Source of the DNA: a virus
Strand: one strand, 5' to 3'
IMG/VR virus record: IMGVR_UViG_3300046455_000489
Coordinates: 5,909 to 69,908 of that record
DNA: 64,000 nt
This document shows positions 44,569 to 55,205 of this stretch, in pieces. Position 1 is the stretch's first letter, and each line of letters opens with the position of its first letter. Position numbers and translations under genes: made by a program. The notes beneath the pieces were generated by a model that was not told the origin of the DNA, did no database searches, and saw nothing but the letters and a program-made list of their open reading frames with translations.

Positions 44569-47500
44569 ATGACCAGCTCCAGCATCGTCTACCGGCTCAT
44601 CGCCCACGACTCGGCGTCGCGGACGTTCCACAACATTGCCAAGGCGGCCAAGGGCGCAGACACGACGCTCGGCAAGCTCGGCAAGGTCGCGGCGGTGGCC
44701 GGGAAGGCGGTCGCTGGCGGACTGGCCCTCGGTCTGGCCAAGGGCGCCAAGGACGCGAGCCGCTTCCAGGCGGAGATGACCCGCATCTCCACGCAGGCCG
44801 GCGGCACCGCGAAGGACGTGAAAGTCCTCAGTGACGCGGTCCTGAAGCTCGGCACGAGTACCCAACAGGGCCCGCAGCACCTCGCCGAGTCGCTGTACCA
44901 CCTGAAGAGCGTTGGCATGGACAACGTTCAGGCGATGAAGGCGCTGAAGGAGTCCAGCGACCTCGCGGCGGTCGGTCACGCCAATTTGGAAGAAACCACA
45001 AATGCATTGGCGGGCGCCTGGCGTACAGGAATTAAGGGCGCCACGAGTTTCCATGAGGCAGTCAGCACCGTAAATGCAATTATCGGCGCTGGAAATATGA
45101 GCATGGACCAATTTAACGCTGCAATTGGTACCGGCATCCTGCCTTCTGCAAAAACCTTCGGCCTGTCGATGAAGCAGGTCGGTGCCGCCCTCGCGCTGAT
45201 GACAGACGAGGGCATCGACTCGGCCAGCGCAGCGACCCGGCTGCGCATGAGCTTCTCGCTGCTCGGAGCTCCGTCCAAGGCGGCCGAGAAGCAGCTGGGG
45301 AGAATTCACCTGACCGGCCTTCAGCTCGCGGAGGCGATGCGCGGCCCCAAGGGGCTGATCGGCGCCATCAGTCTGTTGAAGGAGCATCTCGACAAGTCGG
45401 GGATGTCCGCGTCGAAGCAGTCCCAGCTGCTGTCCCGTGCGTTCGGTGGCGGCCGGTCGAGTTCCGGCATTCTCCTCATGCTCAATAACCTCGACGTGCT
45501 GGAGAAGAAGCAGGAGCAGATCAACCACAGCACCGGGAAATTCGACGACGCCATCAAGATGCAGCGCAAGACCGCCGAGGCCCAATGGCACCTCCTCGTC
45601 TCGAATCTCGAAGTGATGGGTATCCGGGTCGGCACGAAGGTGCTGCCCCCGGTGACCTCGTTCGTCCACTTCCTGGCCGCCGAGGCCATGCCCGCGGCCG
45701 CCCATTTCGGCAGCGTCATGAAGAACCTGATCCCCGTAGGTGCGATCAAGACTGGCGTCGGCGAGGCCAAGTCGGTGATCAGTAGCTTCTTCTCGGGCCT
45801 GACCGGCGGCAAGTCGCCGCTCGCCATGGTCGACGACTTCGTGGACGGGCTGACGGGCGGGTCGAAGAAGAAGGGGCCGAGCAAGAAGTCCACGGGTCCG
45901 TCGGTGGCGTTGACCAACCCGCAGGCGCCCCGGCTGCTGGCGAAGCCGCAGAAGGCTGTCACTCCCATGCTCAAGGCACCCTCGGTGCCTCGGCTTTTGG
46001 CGCGCCCGAAGTCCCTTGCGGCCCCTTCGATCTTCAAGCAGAAGTCGGACCCCGGGCTGCTGGCCATGCCGAAGGCGGTCAAGCCTCCGAAGTCGGCTGC
46101 CGAGAAACTCGGCGACACGATCCACGACGCCATCGCCGGCGGATTCAAAGACATCGACTGGGGCAACCTGGGCTCGATCCTCGGCAAGGGGCTCAGCGAC
46201 GCGATCGGCTGGGTCGCCAAGCACACCGCCGATTTCACCAAGAAGATCGCATCGATTCTCGGCGGAATGGACTTCGTCTCCATCGGCAAGGGCTTCGGGG
46301 CGCAGGCGATCCCGATGGCCGTCGGTTTCCTCTCCAGCCTATTTGACCCGCTGTTCAGCCTCGATTTCTGGAAGAAGCACTGGCTCGACACGATCATCGC
46401 GGTAGTCTCGGTCATTCCGATCGGGCGCCTCGCGGGGATTTTCGGGAAGGTTTTCTCGCACGTCCCTGTCCTGAAAATGTTCGAGCCGATGCTCAAGGGC
46501 ATCAGCAAACTCGGCGGGCTGGTCGAGAAGGGTTTCGGGAAACTCCTCAAGCCCATCGGTCGGGGCATTGTCGATGGCTTCAAGAAGGCTTTCCCTGCGG
46601 CCGAGGGTGTCCTGAGGAGTGCGATCGACCGGTTCATCCTTCGGCCGTTCGGCAAGTTCCGCGAGATCGGACGACTGGCGCCGCGCTGGCTCTCCGACGG
46701 CATCCAGCGTGGTACGGCCTGGGTCACCGAGAAGATCCTCACCCTCGGAAAGCTGATCGTGAAGCCGTTCGCCAGGGCTGGCAGCTGGCTGCTCGGCAAG
46801 GGCTCAGAGCTGGTTCGCGGCTTCACCCGCGGTGTCACCACCGCAGCCAAGGGGGTCGGGTCCTTCCTGTGGCGCTGGGTGGGCAAGCCCGTCATCGACG
46901 CATTCAAGGGCGCAGGCTCCTGGCTGTGGTCGAAGGGCAAGTCAGTTGCATCCGGCTTCAAGTCGGGCGCCGTCTCGGGCGCGAAGGGGATTGGGTCCTT
47001 CTTCTGGCGTTGGGTCGGCAAGCCCGTCGTGGACGCATTCAAGGGCGCTGGATCGTGGCTGTGGTCCAAAGGCAAGTCGGCGGTCAGCGGCTTCAGGTCC
47101 GGGTCTGTATCGGCGGCCAAGGGGATCGCTGGCTGGATCAACCGCATCGTGATCAAGCCTGTGACCGGCGCGTTCAGGAAGGCCGGGTCGTGGCTCGTGA
47201 GCGCGGGCGGCCACCTGCTGTCGGGCCTGAAGGACGGCATTGTCGGCGCGATCAAAGGCATCGGCGGCTGGCTCTGGAAGAACCTGGTCAGTCCGATCAT
47301 CAGCGCCGTGAAGCACTTCTTCGGCATCCACTCGCCCAGCCGCGTCTTCATGGGCATCGGCGGCCACCTGGTCGGCGGCCTCATGAAGGGCATGGCCACG
47401 ACCAGCGGCACAGCCATCGCGAAGAAGATCTTCGGTGACCTGCCGCACGCGCTCAGCCGCATCGTCCACAAGGGCCTGATCTCCGTCAAGAAGCTCCCCG

Positions 47501-49251
47501 GAAAGGCGCTCGACGCGCTCAGCAGCATCGGCGACTCGATCGGTCTCGGCGACAACTCGACCTCTGGCAGTGCCCAGCAGTTCGCGCAGGCGGCCCTCAA
47601 GTCGTATGGCTGGGGGCCGTCCCAGTGGCCTGCCCTCAAGGCGCTGTGGAACGGCGAGTCGGGCTGGAACTACCGGGCTGAGAACGCCTCCTCCGGCGCC
47701 TATGGCATCCCGCAGGCGCTGCCGGCCAGCAAGATGGCCTCGGCTGGCTCGGACTGGAAGACCAACGCGGCCACCCAGATCAAGTGGGGCCTCGGCTACA
47801 TCAAGGACCGGTACGGCAGCCCCGCCAACGCCTGGTCGCAATGGCAGGCGCGCAGTCCGCACTGGTACGCCAAGGGAGGCTTCGCACAGTTCGGGGAAAC
47901 GGCATGGGTTGGCGAGAAGGGCGCCGAGCTGATGCAGGTGACGAAGCAGGGCACCCGCATCTTCAATCATGAGGACTCGGTGGCCATGGCCAAGACTCAC
48001 GGCATCAAGCTGCCCGGGTACGCGTCAGGCACCATCACCAATGCCGCTGACCGGGTTGCGCGCGACCACCGGCGCGTCCAGGAGGCGAAGGACGATGTTG
48101 CGCGGGCCAAGCGGCGCCACAAGGGCGTTGCCGCGGCCGAGAAGCGGCTCAAGGCCGCAGAGAAGGAACTCCAGGCCGCCGAGATCTCCCTGAAGAACGC
48201 TAAGCGCTCGGCGAAGACGTCGATCGCCAACACGATCTCGACCGGCTTGCTGAAGAAGTTGCAGACCGGCACGTCGGCGGCTATCGCGTCGGCCGTCAAG
48301 TCCTTGGCGACGAAGTTGTTGAACGCTGGCTACAACAAGACCGCCGCCAGCATCCAGAAGAAGGCGACCAAGCTGGAGGGGCTCGCCGACAAGCGCGCCT
48401 CGGTGCAGAAGACGATCGCCACCGCCAAGACCTACGCGACCGATCAGGCCAGCAACATCCGCGACTTCCTGAGCATTTCCGGGACGTCGGCGATGAACGT
48501 CCAGGATCTGATCTCGCAGGCCGGCGCCCAGCAGAAGACCGCATCCGACTTCGTCGCTCTGTCCAAGTCGCTGAAGGAGCGCGGCGCGTCGAAGGATCTG
48601 CTTCAGCAGCTCAGCGACGCCGGTCCGGGCAGCCAGCTCGCGACGATCCTCAGCGCGAAGGACGTCACCACGACGGACATCGCAAAGCTCAACAAGCTGA
48701 TGACGTCCGGCGGGAAGCTGGCCACGAGCTTCGGCAACTCGATGGCCGACATGATGTACGACACCGGCAAGCACGCCGGGGAAGGTTTCCTGGCCGGCTT
48801 GAAGGCGACCGAGAAGGATCTCCAGAAGCAGATCGACAAGCTGGCCAAGGACTTGGTCTCGGCGATCAAGAAGGCGCTGAAGATCAAGAGCCCGTCCGGC
48901 GTCTTCCGCGACGAGGTCGGCAAGCAGGTGGTTCTCGGCTGGGTTGCCGGAATGGACATGCACGGCCACCTCGTCGGCGGTGCCGCCCAGCGCCTCGCCG
49001 ACACCGCGACCGGCGTATCCCTGCGCCGCCGCTACGTCCCCACGGCAGCCAGCCAGGTAGGCGCTCGCCAGGACGCGCTGTGGGACCGACTCGCCACCGC
49101 CCTGGAGAACCGCGACGACGCAACGGAGGTGCACGTCCACTTCAACGACGACCGGCTCCGCGACCTCATCGACGTCACAGTCAAACCGAAGATCAAGGCG
49201 TCTGCGGCGGCGCAGGCTCACCGGGCCAAGGTGGGGAGGCGCAGTCCATGA
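44569..49251 (+). CDS. Tape measure protein with lytic transglycosylase domain
   Basis: 1,560 aa; TP901-type core, 40-aa Trp repeats, GIHSPS, ESGWN...SSGAYGIPQALP. Confidence 0.93.
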   Translation: MTSSSIVYRLIAHDSASRTFHNIAKAAKGADTTLGKLGKVAAVAGKAVAGGLALGLAKGAKDASRFQAEMTRISTQAGGTAKDVKVLSDAVLKLGTSTQQGPQHLAESLYHLKSVGMDNVQAMKALKESSDLAAVGHANLEETTNALAGAWRTGIKGATSFHEAVSTVNAIIGAGNMSMDQFNAAIGTGILPSAKTFGLSMKQVGAALALMTDEGIDSASAATRLRMSFSLLGAPSKAAEKQLGRIHLTGLQLAEAMRGPKGLIGAISLLKEHLDKSGMSASKQSQLLSRAFGGGRSSSGILLMLNNLDVLEKKQEQINHSTGKFDDAIKMQRKTAEAQWHLLVSNLEVMGIRVGTKVLPPVTSFVHFLAAEAMPAAAHFGSVMKNLIPVGAIKTGVGEAKSVISSFFSGLTGGKSPLAMVDDFVDGLTGGSKKKGPSKKSTGPSVALTNPQAPRLLAKPQKAVTPMLKAPSVPRLLARPKSLAAPSIFKQKSDPGLLAMPKAVKPPKSAAEKLGDTIHDAIAGGFKDIDWGNLGSILGKGLSDAIGWVAKHTADFTKKIASILGGMDFVSIGKGFGAQAIPMAVGFLSSLFDPLFSLDFWKKHWLDTIIAVVSVIPIGRLAGIFGKVFSHVPVLKMFEPMLKGISKLGGLVEKGFGKLLKPIGRGIVDGFKKAFPAAEGVLRSAIDRFILRPFGKFREIGRLAPRWLSDGIQRGTAWVTEKILTLGKLIVKPFARAGSWLLGKGSELVRGFTRGVTTAAKGVGSFLWRWVGKPVIDAFKGAGSWLWSKGKSVASGFKSGAVSGAKGIGSFFWRWVGKPVVDAFKGAGSWLWSKGKSAVSGFRSGSVSAAKGIAGWINRIVIKPVTGAFRKAGSWLVSAGGHLLSGLKDGIVGAIKGIGGWLWKNLVSPIISAVKHFFGIHSPSRVFMGIGGHLVGGLMKGMATTSGTAIAKKIFGDLPHALSRIVHKGLISVKKLPGKALDALSSIGDSIGLGDNSTSGSAQQFAQAALKSYGWGPSQWPALKALWNGESGWNYRAENASSGAYGIPQALPASKMASAGSDWKTNAATQIKWGLGYIKDRYGSPANAWSQWQARSPHWYAKGGFAQFGETAWVGEKGAELMQVTKQGTRIFNHEDSVAMAKTHGIKLPGYASGTITNAADRVARDHRRVQEAKDDVARAKRRHKGVAAAEKRLKAAEKELQAAEISLKNAKRSAKTSIANTISTGLLKKLQTGTSAAIASAVKSLATKLLNAGYNKTAASIQKKATKLEGLADKRASVQKTIATAKTYATDQASNIRDFLSISGTSAMNVQDLISQAGAQQKTASDFVALSKSLKERGASKDLLQQLSDAGPGSQLATILSAKDVTTTDIAKLNKLMTSGGKLATSFGNSMADMMYDTGKHAGEGFLAGLKATEKDLQKQIDKLAKDLVSAIKKALKIKSPSGVFRDEVGKQVVLGWVAGMDMHGHLVGGAAQRLADTATGVSLRRRYVPTAASQVGARQDALWDRLATALENRDDATEVHVHFNDDRLRDLIDVTVKPKIKASAAAQAHRAKVGRRSP

Positions 49252-50711
49252 CGATCTCGTTCGGTTCGACGGGCACGCAGGCGACGCACACCGACACGGT
49301 CACGCCGACGGTCGTCGGGTCAGCGGGGAACCTCGCCGTCCTCCAGGTTGTGTCCGGGCACCCCCTCGACTCGGTGCCGTCCACGCCGTCCGGATGGACG
49401 CTGGTCGGTAGCGCGTCGGGAGGCGGCGGGTCCTTCGGGGCGTCCGCCGGCCCGCGACGGCTGACGTACTTCGCCCGCGTCCTTCTGGGCGGCGACGCGA
49501 ACCCGACCACCGCCATCCCGTCGGGCTCGTCGGGATCGCTCATCATCGGACGGATAGTCAGCCTGTCGAAGACGGCTGGCACCGGCTGGCGATGGGCCGC
49601 ATCCTTTGGAGACGACCAGACGAGCGGAACCGGCTTTTCGGCCGCGGGCACCAGTGCCCTGACCTGGAAGGCGGGCGACTTCGCGCTGATCGGCTACGGC
49701 GTGGCGTCCAACGCTGACAGCTACACCGTCGAAGCCATCACCGCGGCAGGCATCACCTTCGGCAGCGTCACCGAACGGGCTGATGCGGCGGTGACGACCG
49801 GCAACGGGGCGACCGTGGCTCTGGCCTCGTGCTCGGTGTCCTCCGGCACCGCCACTGTGACACCCACTGTGACCACGACGCTGGCCAGCGCCTCAATCGG
49901 CATCGCTGGCGTGATGCGCGTCCGCGAGGCCAGCTCCGACATCGCCGTCACCGCGCAGTCCGTGTTCCCACCCCGCAACTTGGTCTCGGCGACCGGCCTC
50001 ACGGGGGATGACATCGTCACGGTCAGCCTGCTCCGGCAGGCAGGTTCGGACCTCGACCCGGTGCGCGCCGCGACCGAAATCGACGTCACCGGGCAGGCGT
50101 CCCTCCTCCGCGTGGATGCCGAGCAGCCGTTCGGCATCAGCCTCACCTACTCGGCTGTCCTCACCGACGTCAACGGCGCCCAGTGGACGATCACCTCGGC
50201 GTCCATCACCTCGACCGTCACCTCGGACGTGATCTCCGACGCGATCCGCGGCGTCGGCGCCGCCGTGAAAATCGAGTCGCCGTTGGAGTGGAAGCGGGAC
50301 CGGGACGCCACCCAGTTCAACGTCAACGGGCGGATCATCGTGGTCGGGAAGCCGCGCTCGTCCCGCTCCGGCACCCTCACCGTTCGCACGGAGACCGATG
50401 ACGACGGCGACGCGATGAACGAACTCCTCGACAACGCGACCGAGGGCGTGGTCCTCGTGCGCAAGCAGACGTCCCTGCCCCGCCTCGACGGCACATACGC
50501 ACTGCTTGACGACACCGAATCGCCGAACTGGTACGACGAATACCGCTGGTTCGCCCTCAACGCGGTCAGGGCTGACGACTGGCCGGACGTCATGGAAGCC
50601 GCGGGTTTCGACTTGCAGGACATCGCAGACAACTTCACCACGCTCCAGGACATCGCCAACGCCTTCCCCGGCACGCTCCTGGACATCGCCCTCTACGATT
50701 TCGGGCCCTGA
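49248..50711 (+). CDS. Minor tail protein (distal tail-like with N-terminal extension)
   Basis: Directly after tape measure; beta-rich. Confidence 0.75.
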   Translation: MTISFGSTGTQATHTDTVTPTVVGSAGNLAVLQVVSGHPLDSVPSTPSGWTLVGSASGGGGSFGASAGPRRLTYFARVLLGGDANPTTAIPSGSSGSLIIGRIVSLSKTAGTGWRWAASFGDDQTSGTGFSAAGTSALTWKAGDFALIGYGVASNADSYTVEAITAAGITFGSVTERADAAVTTGNGATVALASCSVSSGTATVTPTVTTTLASASIGIAGVMRVREASSDIAVTAQSVFPPRNLVSATGLTGDDIVTVSLLRQAGSDLDPVRAATEIDVTGQASLLRVDAEQPFGISLTYSAVLTDVNGAQWTITSASITSTVTSDVISDAIRGVGAAVKIESPLEWKRDRDATQFNVNGRIIVVGKPRSSRSGTLTVRTETDDDGDAMNELLDNATEGVVLVRKQTSLPRLDGTYALLDDTESPNWYDEYRWFALNAVRADDWPDVMEAAGFDLQDIADNFTTLQDIANAFPGTLLDIALYDFGP

Positions 50712-50712
50712 C

Positions 50713-51798
50713 ATGCTCGACATGTCCGCCACCGCGCTCACCGTCGTCCAGGGCAGCTACACCATGAACATCCGCGCCGAGTCCTGGCTCGGCGAGACCC
50801 TCCTCGCAGACAGCATCCCCATCTCCGACGGCAGCGAGAGCCGCGACCGCTCCCTGGCCGTCCCCGAGCAGATCAGTCTCACCGTGCCCCGCCGAGACCG
50901 CGGCTTCGACTGGGATCCGGGCACCGACCCCGCCCATCCGCTCGCCGCATTCGGGCAGATGCTGCGCATCGATTACGGCGTCGACGTCGGCGGCAGCTTC
51001 GAATGGGTCAACAGGGGCTGGTTCCTGATCACGGAATCCAGCACCGACGGCGACACCGTGTCCGTCAACTGCCAGGGCCTGCTCACGCTCATCGACGAGG
51101 CGTCCCTGATCGCGCCCTTCCAGCCGAGCTCCACCGACACCCTCGCCTCCGTGGTCCGCGGTCTCGTCGAGCCTGCCCTGACCGTCAGCTTCGACGGGGC
51201 GCTCATCGACCGGGCCGTCCCGCTCGGCATGCAGTGGGACTCCGACCGCCTCGGCGCCGTCACTGAAGTCCTCACCGCCTGGGGGGCTGCCGAGAGGGTC
51301 ACCGAGGACGGCTTCCTGCTCATCGAGCCGGTCAGTGACGCCGGGGCATCCGTCCTGTCCATCAGCGACGACCGGGCAACCGGCACCGTTGTCCGCTGGC
51401 AGGGCGCCACTACCCGGGACGGCGCGTTCAACTGCGTTGTCGCCCAGGGCGAGGACTCGGCCGGCAATCAGATCCAGGGCATCGTCTACGACGAGGACGG
51501 CAACAGCCCCTACCAGTTCGGCGGGAACTTCAACCCGCTGCCGGTCCCCTTCCCCTACCAGTCGTCACTGCTCACCACCGTCGCCCAGTGCCGGACCGCT
51601 GCCGCCGCCCAGCTGGATCTTCTGCGCAGGCAGGCATTCCGGCGCCTCGACGTCACCATGGTCCCGCACCCGGGCCTCGTAACCGGCGACATCGTCACCG
51701 TCACCGGCGCCGGCCTGACGAACGCGCGCTGCGCGATCGAGTCACTGAGCCTGCCCTACTCGCCGGGCGAGCAGAGCCTGACCGTTCGAGTGCTGTAG
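50713..51798 (+). CDS. Baseplate hub/Tal-like tail protein (DUF5047-like)
   Basis: HPLAAFGQ.LRI..G...FNCVVAQGE...VPHPGL..GD. Confidence 0.8.
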   Translation: MLDMSATALTVVQGSYTMNIRAESWLGETLLADSIPISDGSESRDRSLAVPEQISLTVPRRDRGFDWDPGTDPAHPLAAFGQMLRIDYGVDVGGSFEWVNRGWFLITESSTDGDTVSVNCQGLLTLIDEASLIAPFQPSSTDTLASVVRGLVEPALTVSFDGALIDRAVPLGMQWDSDRLGAVTEVLTAWGAAERVTEDGFLLIEPVSDAGASVLSISDDRATGTVVRWQGATTRDGAFNCVVAQGEDSAGNQIQGIVYDEDGNSPYQFGGNFNPLPVPFPYQSSLLTTVAQCRTAAAAQLDLLRRQAFRRLDVTMVPHPGLVTGDIVTVTGAGLTNARCAIESLSLPYSPGEQSLTVRVL

Positions 51799-51806
51799 GA
51801 GGTGCA

Positions 51807-52613
51807 GTGGCCGACTTCGCCGACACCCGGGTCTCCCTCGCCGGGAAGGGCATGGTGCGCGGCACCGCGCTGACCGCAGCCGCCTCTAACTGCTGCCTCG
51901 TGACTGTCGGCGGGATCACGGTCACCGCCCGGGTTGCGGTCGGGCTCACCGTGGCCGCGGGCAATATCGTGCTGATGGCCCGGCTCGGCAGCCTCTACTA
52001 CGTGGTCATCGTCGTCCCGGTCGCGCCGACGTCGACCCCGGCTACACCGCCGCCACCAGACGCGCCGCCAGTGGACACGGGCGACAAGCCGCCCACGCCG
52101 CGGCCGTCAACGACAACCGGCACGCTGACCTGCGTGCCGGTGGCGACAGCCTGCTACCGGAATAGCTCCTGGCGCTCCGACGGCAACCCGGCCAACTCAT
52201 TCGACCTTTACCAAGGCCGCTACAGCGGCAGCAGTTACGGCCGCAACACCGGCGCCGCGTTCTACGGCTCCAAACCGCACACCCTCTCCGGGGCCACCTG
52301 CACCAAGGTGACGGTGAAGATCAAGCGCCTGTCCGCCGGTGACTTCGCAGCCCGCTCCGCGACCCTGCGGCTCGTCTCCCAGACCAGCCGCCCCGGCGGA
52401 GCCCCCACCCTCAACGAGACCACGTCCGGCCCCAGCCTGGCGATCAACACCTCGACGACGTTCACCCTCCCGACCTCCTGGGGCCAGGCCCTCATCGACG
52501 GCACCCGCGGAGGCATCGCCATCGCCATATCCAGCGACGACCCGTACATCCGCTTCGCGGGCCGCAACTCCTGGTCCGCGGCCATGACCCTGACGCTCTC
52601 CTGGAGGCGATGA
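51807..52613 (+). CDS. Minor tail protein
   Basis: AGGAGG RBS; tail gene cluster. Confidence 0.75.
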   Translation: MADFADTRVSLAGKGMVRGTALTAAASNCCLVTVGGITVTARVAVGLTVAAGNIVLMARLGSLYYVVIVVPVAPTSTPATPPPPDAPPVDTGDKPPTPRPSTTTGTLTCVPVATACYRNSSWRSDGNPANSFDLYQGRYSGSSYGRNTGAAFYGSKPHTLSGATCTKVTVKIKRLSAGDFAARSATLRLVSQTSRPGGAPTLNETTSGPSLAINTSTTFTLPTSWGQALIDGTRGGIAIAISSDDPYIRFAGRNSWSAAMTLTLSWRR

Positions 52614-53375
52614 ATGACCGCGAACACCTCCAAGGGCATCACCTATCCGCAGAACACAGACAACACGCGCATCTGGGAGCTGATGCAGTCCCTCGCGACG
52701 ACCGCCGACGCGATCATTATCGGCAACAAGGACGTGCAGACCTTCACCGCGAGCGGCACCTGGACCAAGCCGAGCGGGGCGATCCTGGTCATCGTCGAGG
52801 TCGTCGGAGCAGGAGGCGGCTCAGGGGGAGTGGCAACCACCGGCGCCAGCCAAGGATCATGCTCGGCCGGCGGCGGGGGCGGCGAGTACGCGCGCGGCAC
52901 GTACAAGGCATCCACTCTCGGTGCAAGCGTCGCCGTCACCATCGGGGCAGGCGGAACCGCGGCGACGGCGGGCAACAACACTGGCGGAACTGGCGGTACC
53001 AGCTCTTTCGGGGCCACGATCACGGCGCTGGGCGGCACCGGCGGGGGCGGCATGGCTGCGACATCGACAACCGACGTGGCCGCCGGAGGAAGCGGCGGCA
53101 CGGGCGGCACCGGCGGCGACATCCGCATCGTCGGCGGCGCCGGCGGCCACGGGGCGGTGCTCACTGGAACCGCGATCAAGATGAACACCGGCGGTGGCTC
53201 CCAGCTCAGCACCCCGGTCCAGCCGAGCGCCTCCATCTCCGGCCAGCGCGTGGGCACCACCGGCCACGCCTACGGCGGCGGCGCCTCCGGATCCTCCAAC
53301 GGACAGTCAGTGTCCGCGACCGCCGGCGCGGCAGGCGCCGACGGCGTCGTCGTTGTCACCACCTACACGGCCTGA
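52614..53375 (+). CDS. Glycine-rich tail fibre protein
   Basis: FTASGTWTKP...VGAGGG...YGGG..G.VVV. Confidence 0.8.
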   Translation: MTANTSKGITYPQNTDNTRIWELMQSLATTADAIIIGNKDVQTFTASGTWTKPSGAILVIVEVVGAGGGSGGVATTGASQGSCSAGGGGGEYARGTYKASTLGASVAVTIGAGGTAATAGNNTGGTGGTSSFGATITALGGTGGGGMAATSTTDVAAGGSGGTGGTGGDIRIVGGAGGHGAVLTGTAIKMNTGGGSQLSTPVQPSASISGQRVGTTGHAYGGGASGSSNGQSVSATAGAAGADGVVVVTTYTA

Positions 53376-53386
53376 GAGGCAGTCAC

Positions 53387-53878
53387 GTGATCACATCCGC
53401 TTCCGACCTGACCCTCGCCGGCCTGTACGCCACGACCGAGGTCCCGGCCAAGACCCTGCCCATCGGCACCGGGCCTGGGCAGGGGTACCGGACGCTGCTG
53501 CGCGTCGTCGTGCCGGTCGCGGCGGGAGACGTGCTGGACATCGTGGGCCGTGCGCGAGTCACCAATGACACGTCTCCGGCGTACACCGTGGGGGTCGGCT
53601 ACCACCTGTGGATGTACGACGCCGATGACGGCCTCGGCAGCAGTGGCCCCTGGACGCAGATCAGCAGCCTCTGCGGCGACAACGTCGACCACGTCAGACA
53701 CCACATGCCGCTGCTCACCGACACCGTCTACACGGTCCCCGCCGACTGGCCGACCGGACATCGCATGACGGTCGTTCTCCGCGGTGACGCCATGTCCACC
53801 GCCGCCGACGGGCAGTCCATCACCGTCGACCAGGCCTACGGGCAGCTCACCGTCCGGCGGTACCAGCCCGCCGCCTGA
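53387..53878 (+). CDS. Hypothetical tail-region protein
   Basis: GAGAGG RBS; beta-rich. Confidence 0.65.
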   Translation: MITSASDLTLAGLYATTEVPAKTLPIGTGPGQGYRTLLRVVVPVAAGDVLDIVGRARVTNDTSPAYTVGVGYHLWMYDADDGLGSSGPWTQISSLCGDNVDHVRHHMPLLTDTVYTVPADWPTGHRMTVVLRGDAMSTAADGQSITVDQAYGQLTVRRYQPAA

Positions 53879-53944
53879 CCGGCACCTCAACCCGCCGCCC
53901 GAGCCGTCGGCCGGGGACTTCTCCATGCACGAAAAGGGGGCCTC

Positions 53945-54910
53945 ATGGCCAAGACGGGCCCGCAGCGTTACCCGGGCGCCTCGACCGCGTACTGGTACCA
54001 GACGCAGTACGGCGGCGACTCCATGGAGTCGAACGTGGTGTGCTGGCACACCACCGAAGGAACGTCTCTCCCCAGCTATGCGGGTGGGGCGGAGGCGCCG
54101 AACTTCACGGCCAAGCCGGACTTCGCAGCCGAGCGGCTCGTCTGGTACCAGCACTTCGACTTCGACACCTCCAGCCGGGCCCTGGTGAATCTGGCGGGCG
54201 GCGTGGAGACGAACACGCTGAACGTGTGCCAGGTCGAGATCGTCGGCACCTGCGACCCGGGCACGCACGAGAAGTGGAGGGCGGCCGGGTACGCGCACCT
54301 CTTCACGCCGGAGCTGCCGGACTGGGCGATCCGCGACCTGGCCGCCTTCGCGGAGTGGGCCCACGACAACCACGGGGTGCCCCTCACGAGCGACGTCACG
54401 TTCAAGGCGTACCCGGGTAGCTACGGCACCAGCAACGGCGTGCGCATGTCCGCCACCAAGTGGCAGTCCTTCACCGGGCACTGCGGCCATCAGCACGTCC
54501 CCGAAAACCTCCACGGCGATCCGGGCCTGCTTCCGATGGCCGCCATCCTCACCGCCGCCACGGGCGGCACGACCCCGTCCCAGGAGGACGACGTGGCCCT
54601 GACCGCCGACGACATCGCCAAGGTCGCGGCAGCCGTGTACGCGAAGCTGCTGAAGACCGACGACATGCTCACCGCTCCCGCGGACGCCTCCGACTACGCG
54701 ACGAACAAGTACTGGACGTGGCAGACCCACATCCAGGACGTCACCACCCGTGTGCGCGACCTCGGCAAGAAGGTCGACGGGCTGCCCAAGGTCGAGCTGA
54801 CGGACTCGCAGGTCGCCACTCTGGCCGCCGCGGTCGCCGCGAACCCGGCGCTCGCCGAGCGGATCGCGGAACTGGTCGCCAGCAAGCTCGCCGCACGGCT
54901 CGCCCAGTGA
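53945..54910 (+). CDS. Endolysin (Zn amidase-like)
   Basis: CWHTTEG, QVEIVG, GHQHVPENLHGDPG. Confidence 0.88.
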   Translation: MAKTGPQRYPGASTAYWYQTQYGGDSMESNVVCWHTTEGTSLPSYAGGAEAPNFTAKPDFAAERLVWYQHFDFDTSSRALVNLAGGVETNTLNVCQVEIVGTCDPGTHEKWRAAGYAHLFTPELPDWAIRDLAAFAEWAHDNHGVPLTSDVTFKAYPGSYGTSNGVRMSATKWQSFTGHCGHQHVPENLHGDPGLLPMAAILTAATGGTTPSQEDDVALTADDIAKVAAAVYAKLLKTDDMLTAPADASDYATNKYWTWQTHIQDVTTRVRDLGKKVDGLPKVELTDSQVATLAAAVAANPALAERIAELVASKLAARLAQ

Positions 54911-55203
54911 GCCACGGCGACGCCCTCAACGCCGCCTACCGGGAACGCGCGCACCTGGTAGCGCACCTCGCTGCTTCGTTCCCGTCAACGATCGGCCACC
55001 ACGACCGGGACGAGCCTGACTGGGCGGTCGTCACCATCGACCTCCCGACCGGCCAGGTCTCCTGGCACGTCTCCCCGCACGACATGGACCTCTTCGAGCA
55101 GACGCCTCGCTCCGAGATCAACACCTGGGACGGGCACAGCACGGAAGAGAAGTACGCGCGTCTGGACGCGCACACCCGCGCACTCGCGCAGAAGGAAGGC
55201 TGA
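54907..55203 (+). CDS. WDGH-domain protein
   Basis: YRERAHLV...LPTGQVSWH...WDGHSTEEKYARL. Confidence 0.7.
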   Translation: MSHGDALNAAYRERAHLVAHLAASFPSTIGHHDRDEPDWAVVTIDLPTGQVSWHVSPHDMDLFEQTPRSEINTWDGHSTEEKYARLDAHTRALAQKEG

Positions 55204-55205
55204 CC

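Noticed and set aside
51807-53878. Diversity-generating retroelement or invertible tail-fibre cassette served by the second recombinase
   Set aside because: No reverse transcriptase, TR/VR pair or inverted cassette boundaries seen.
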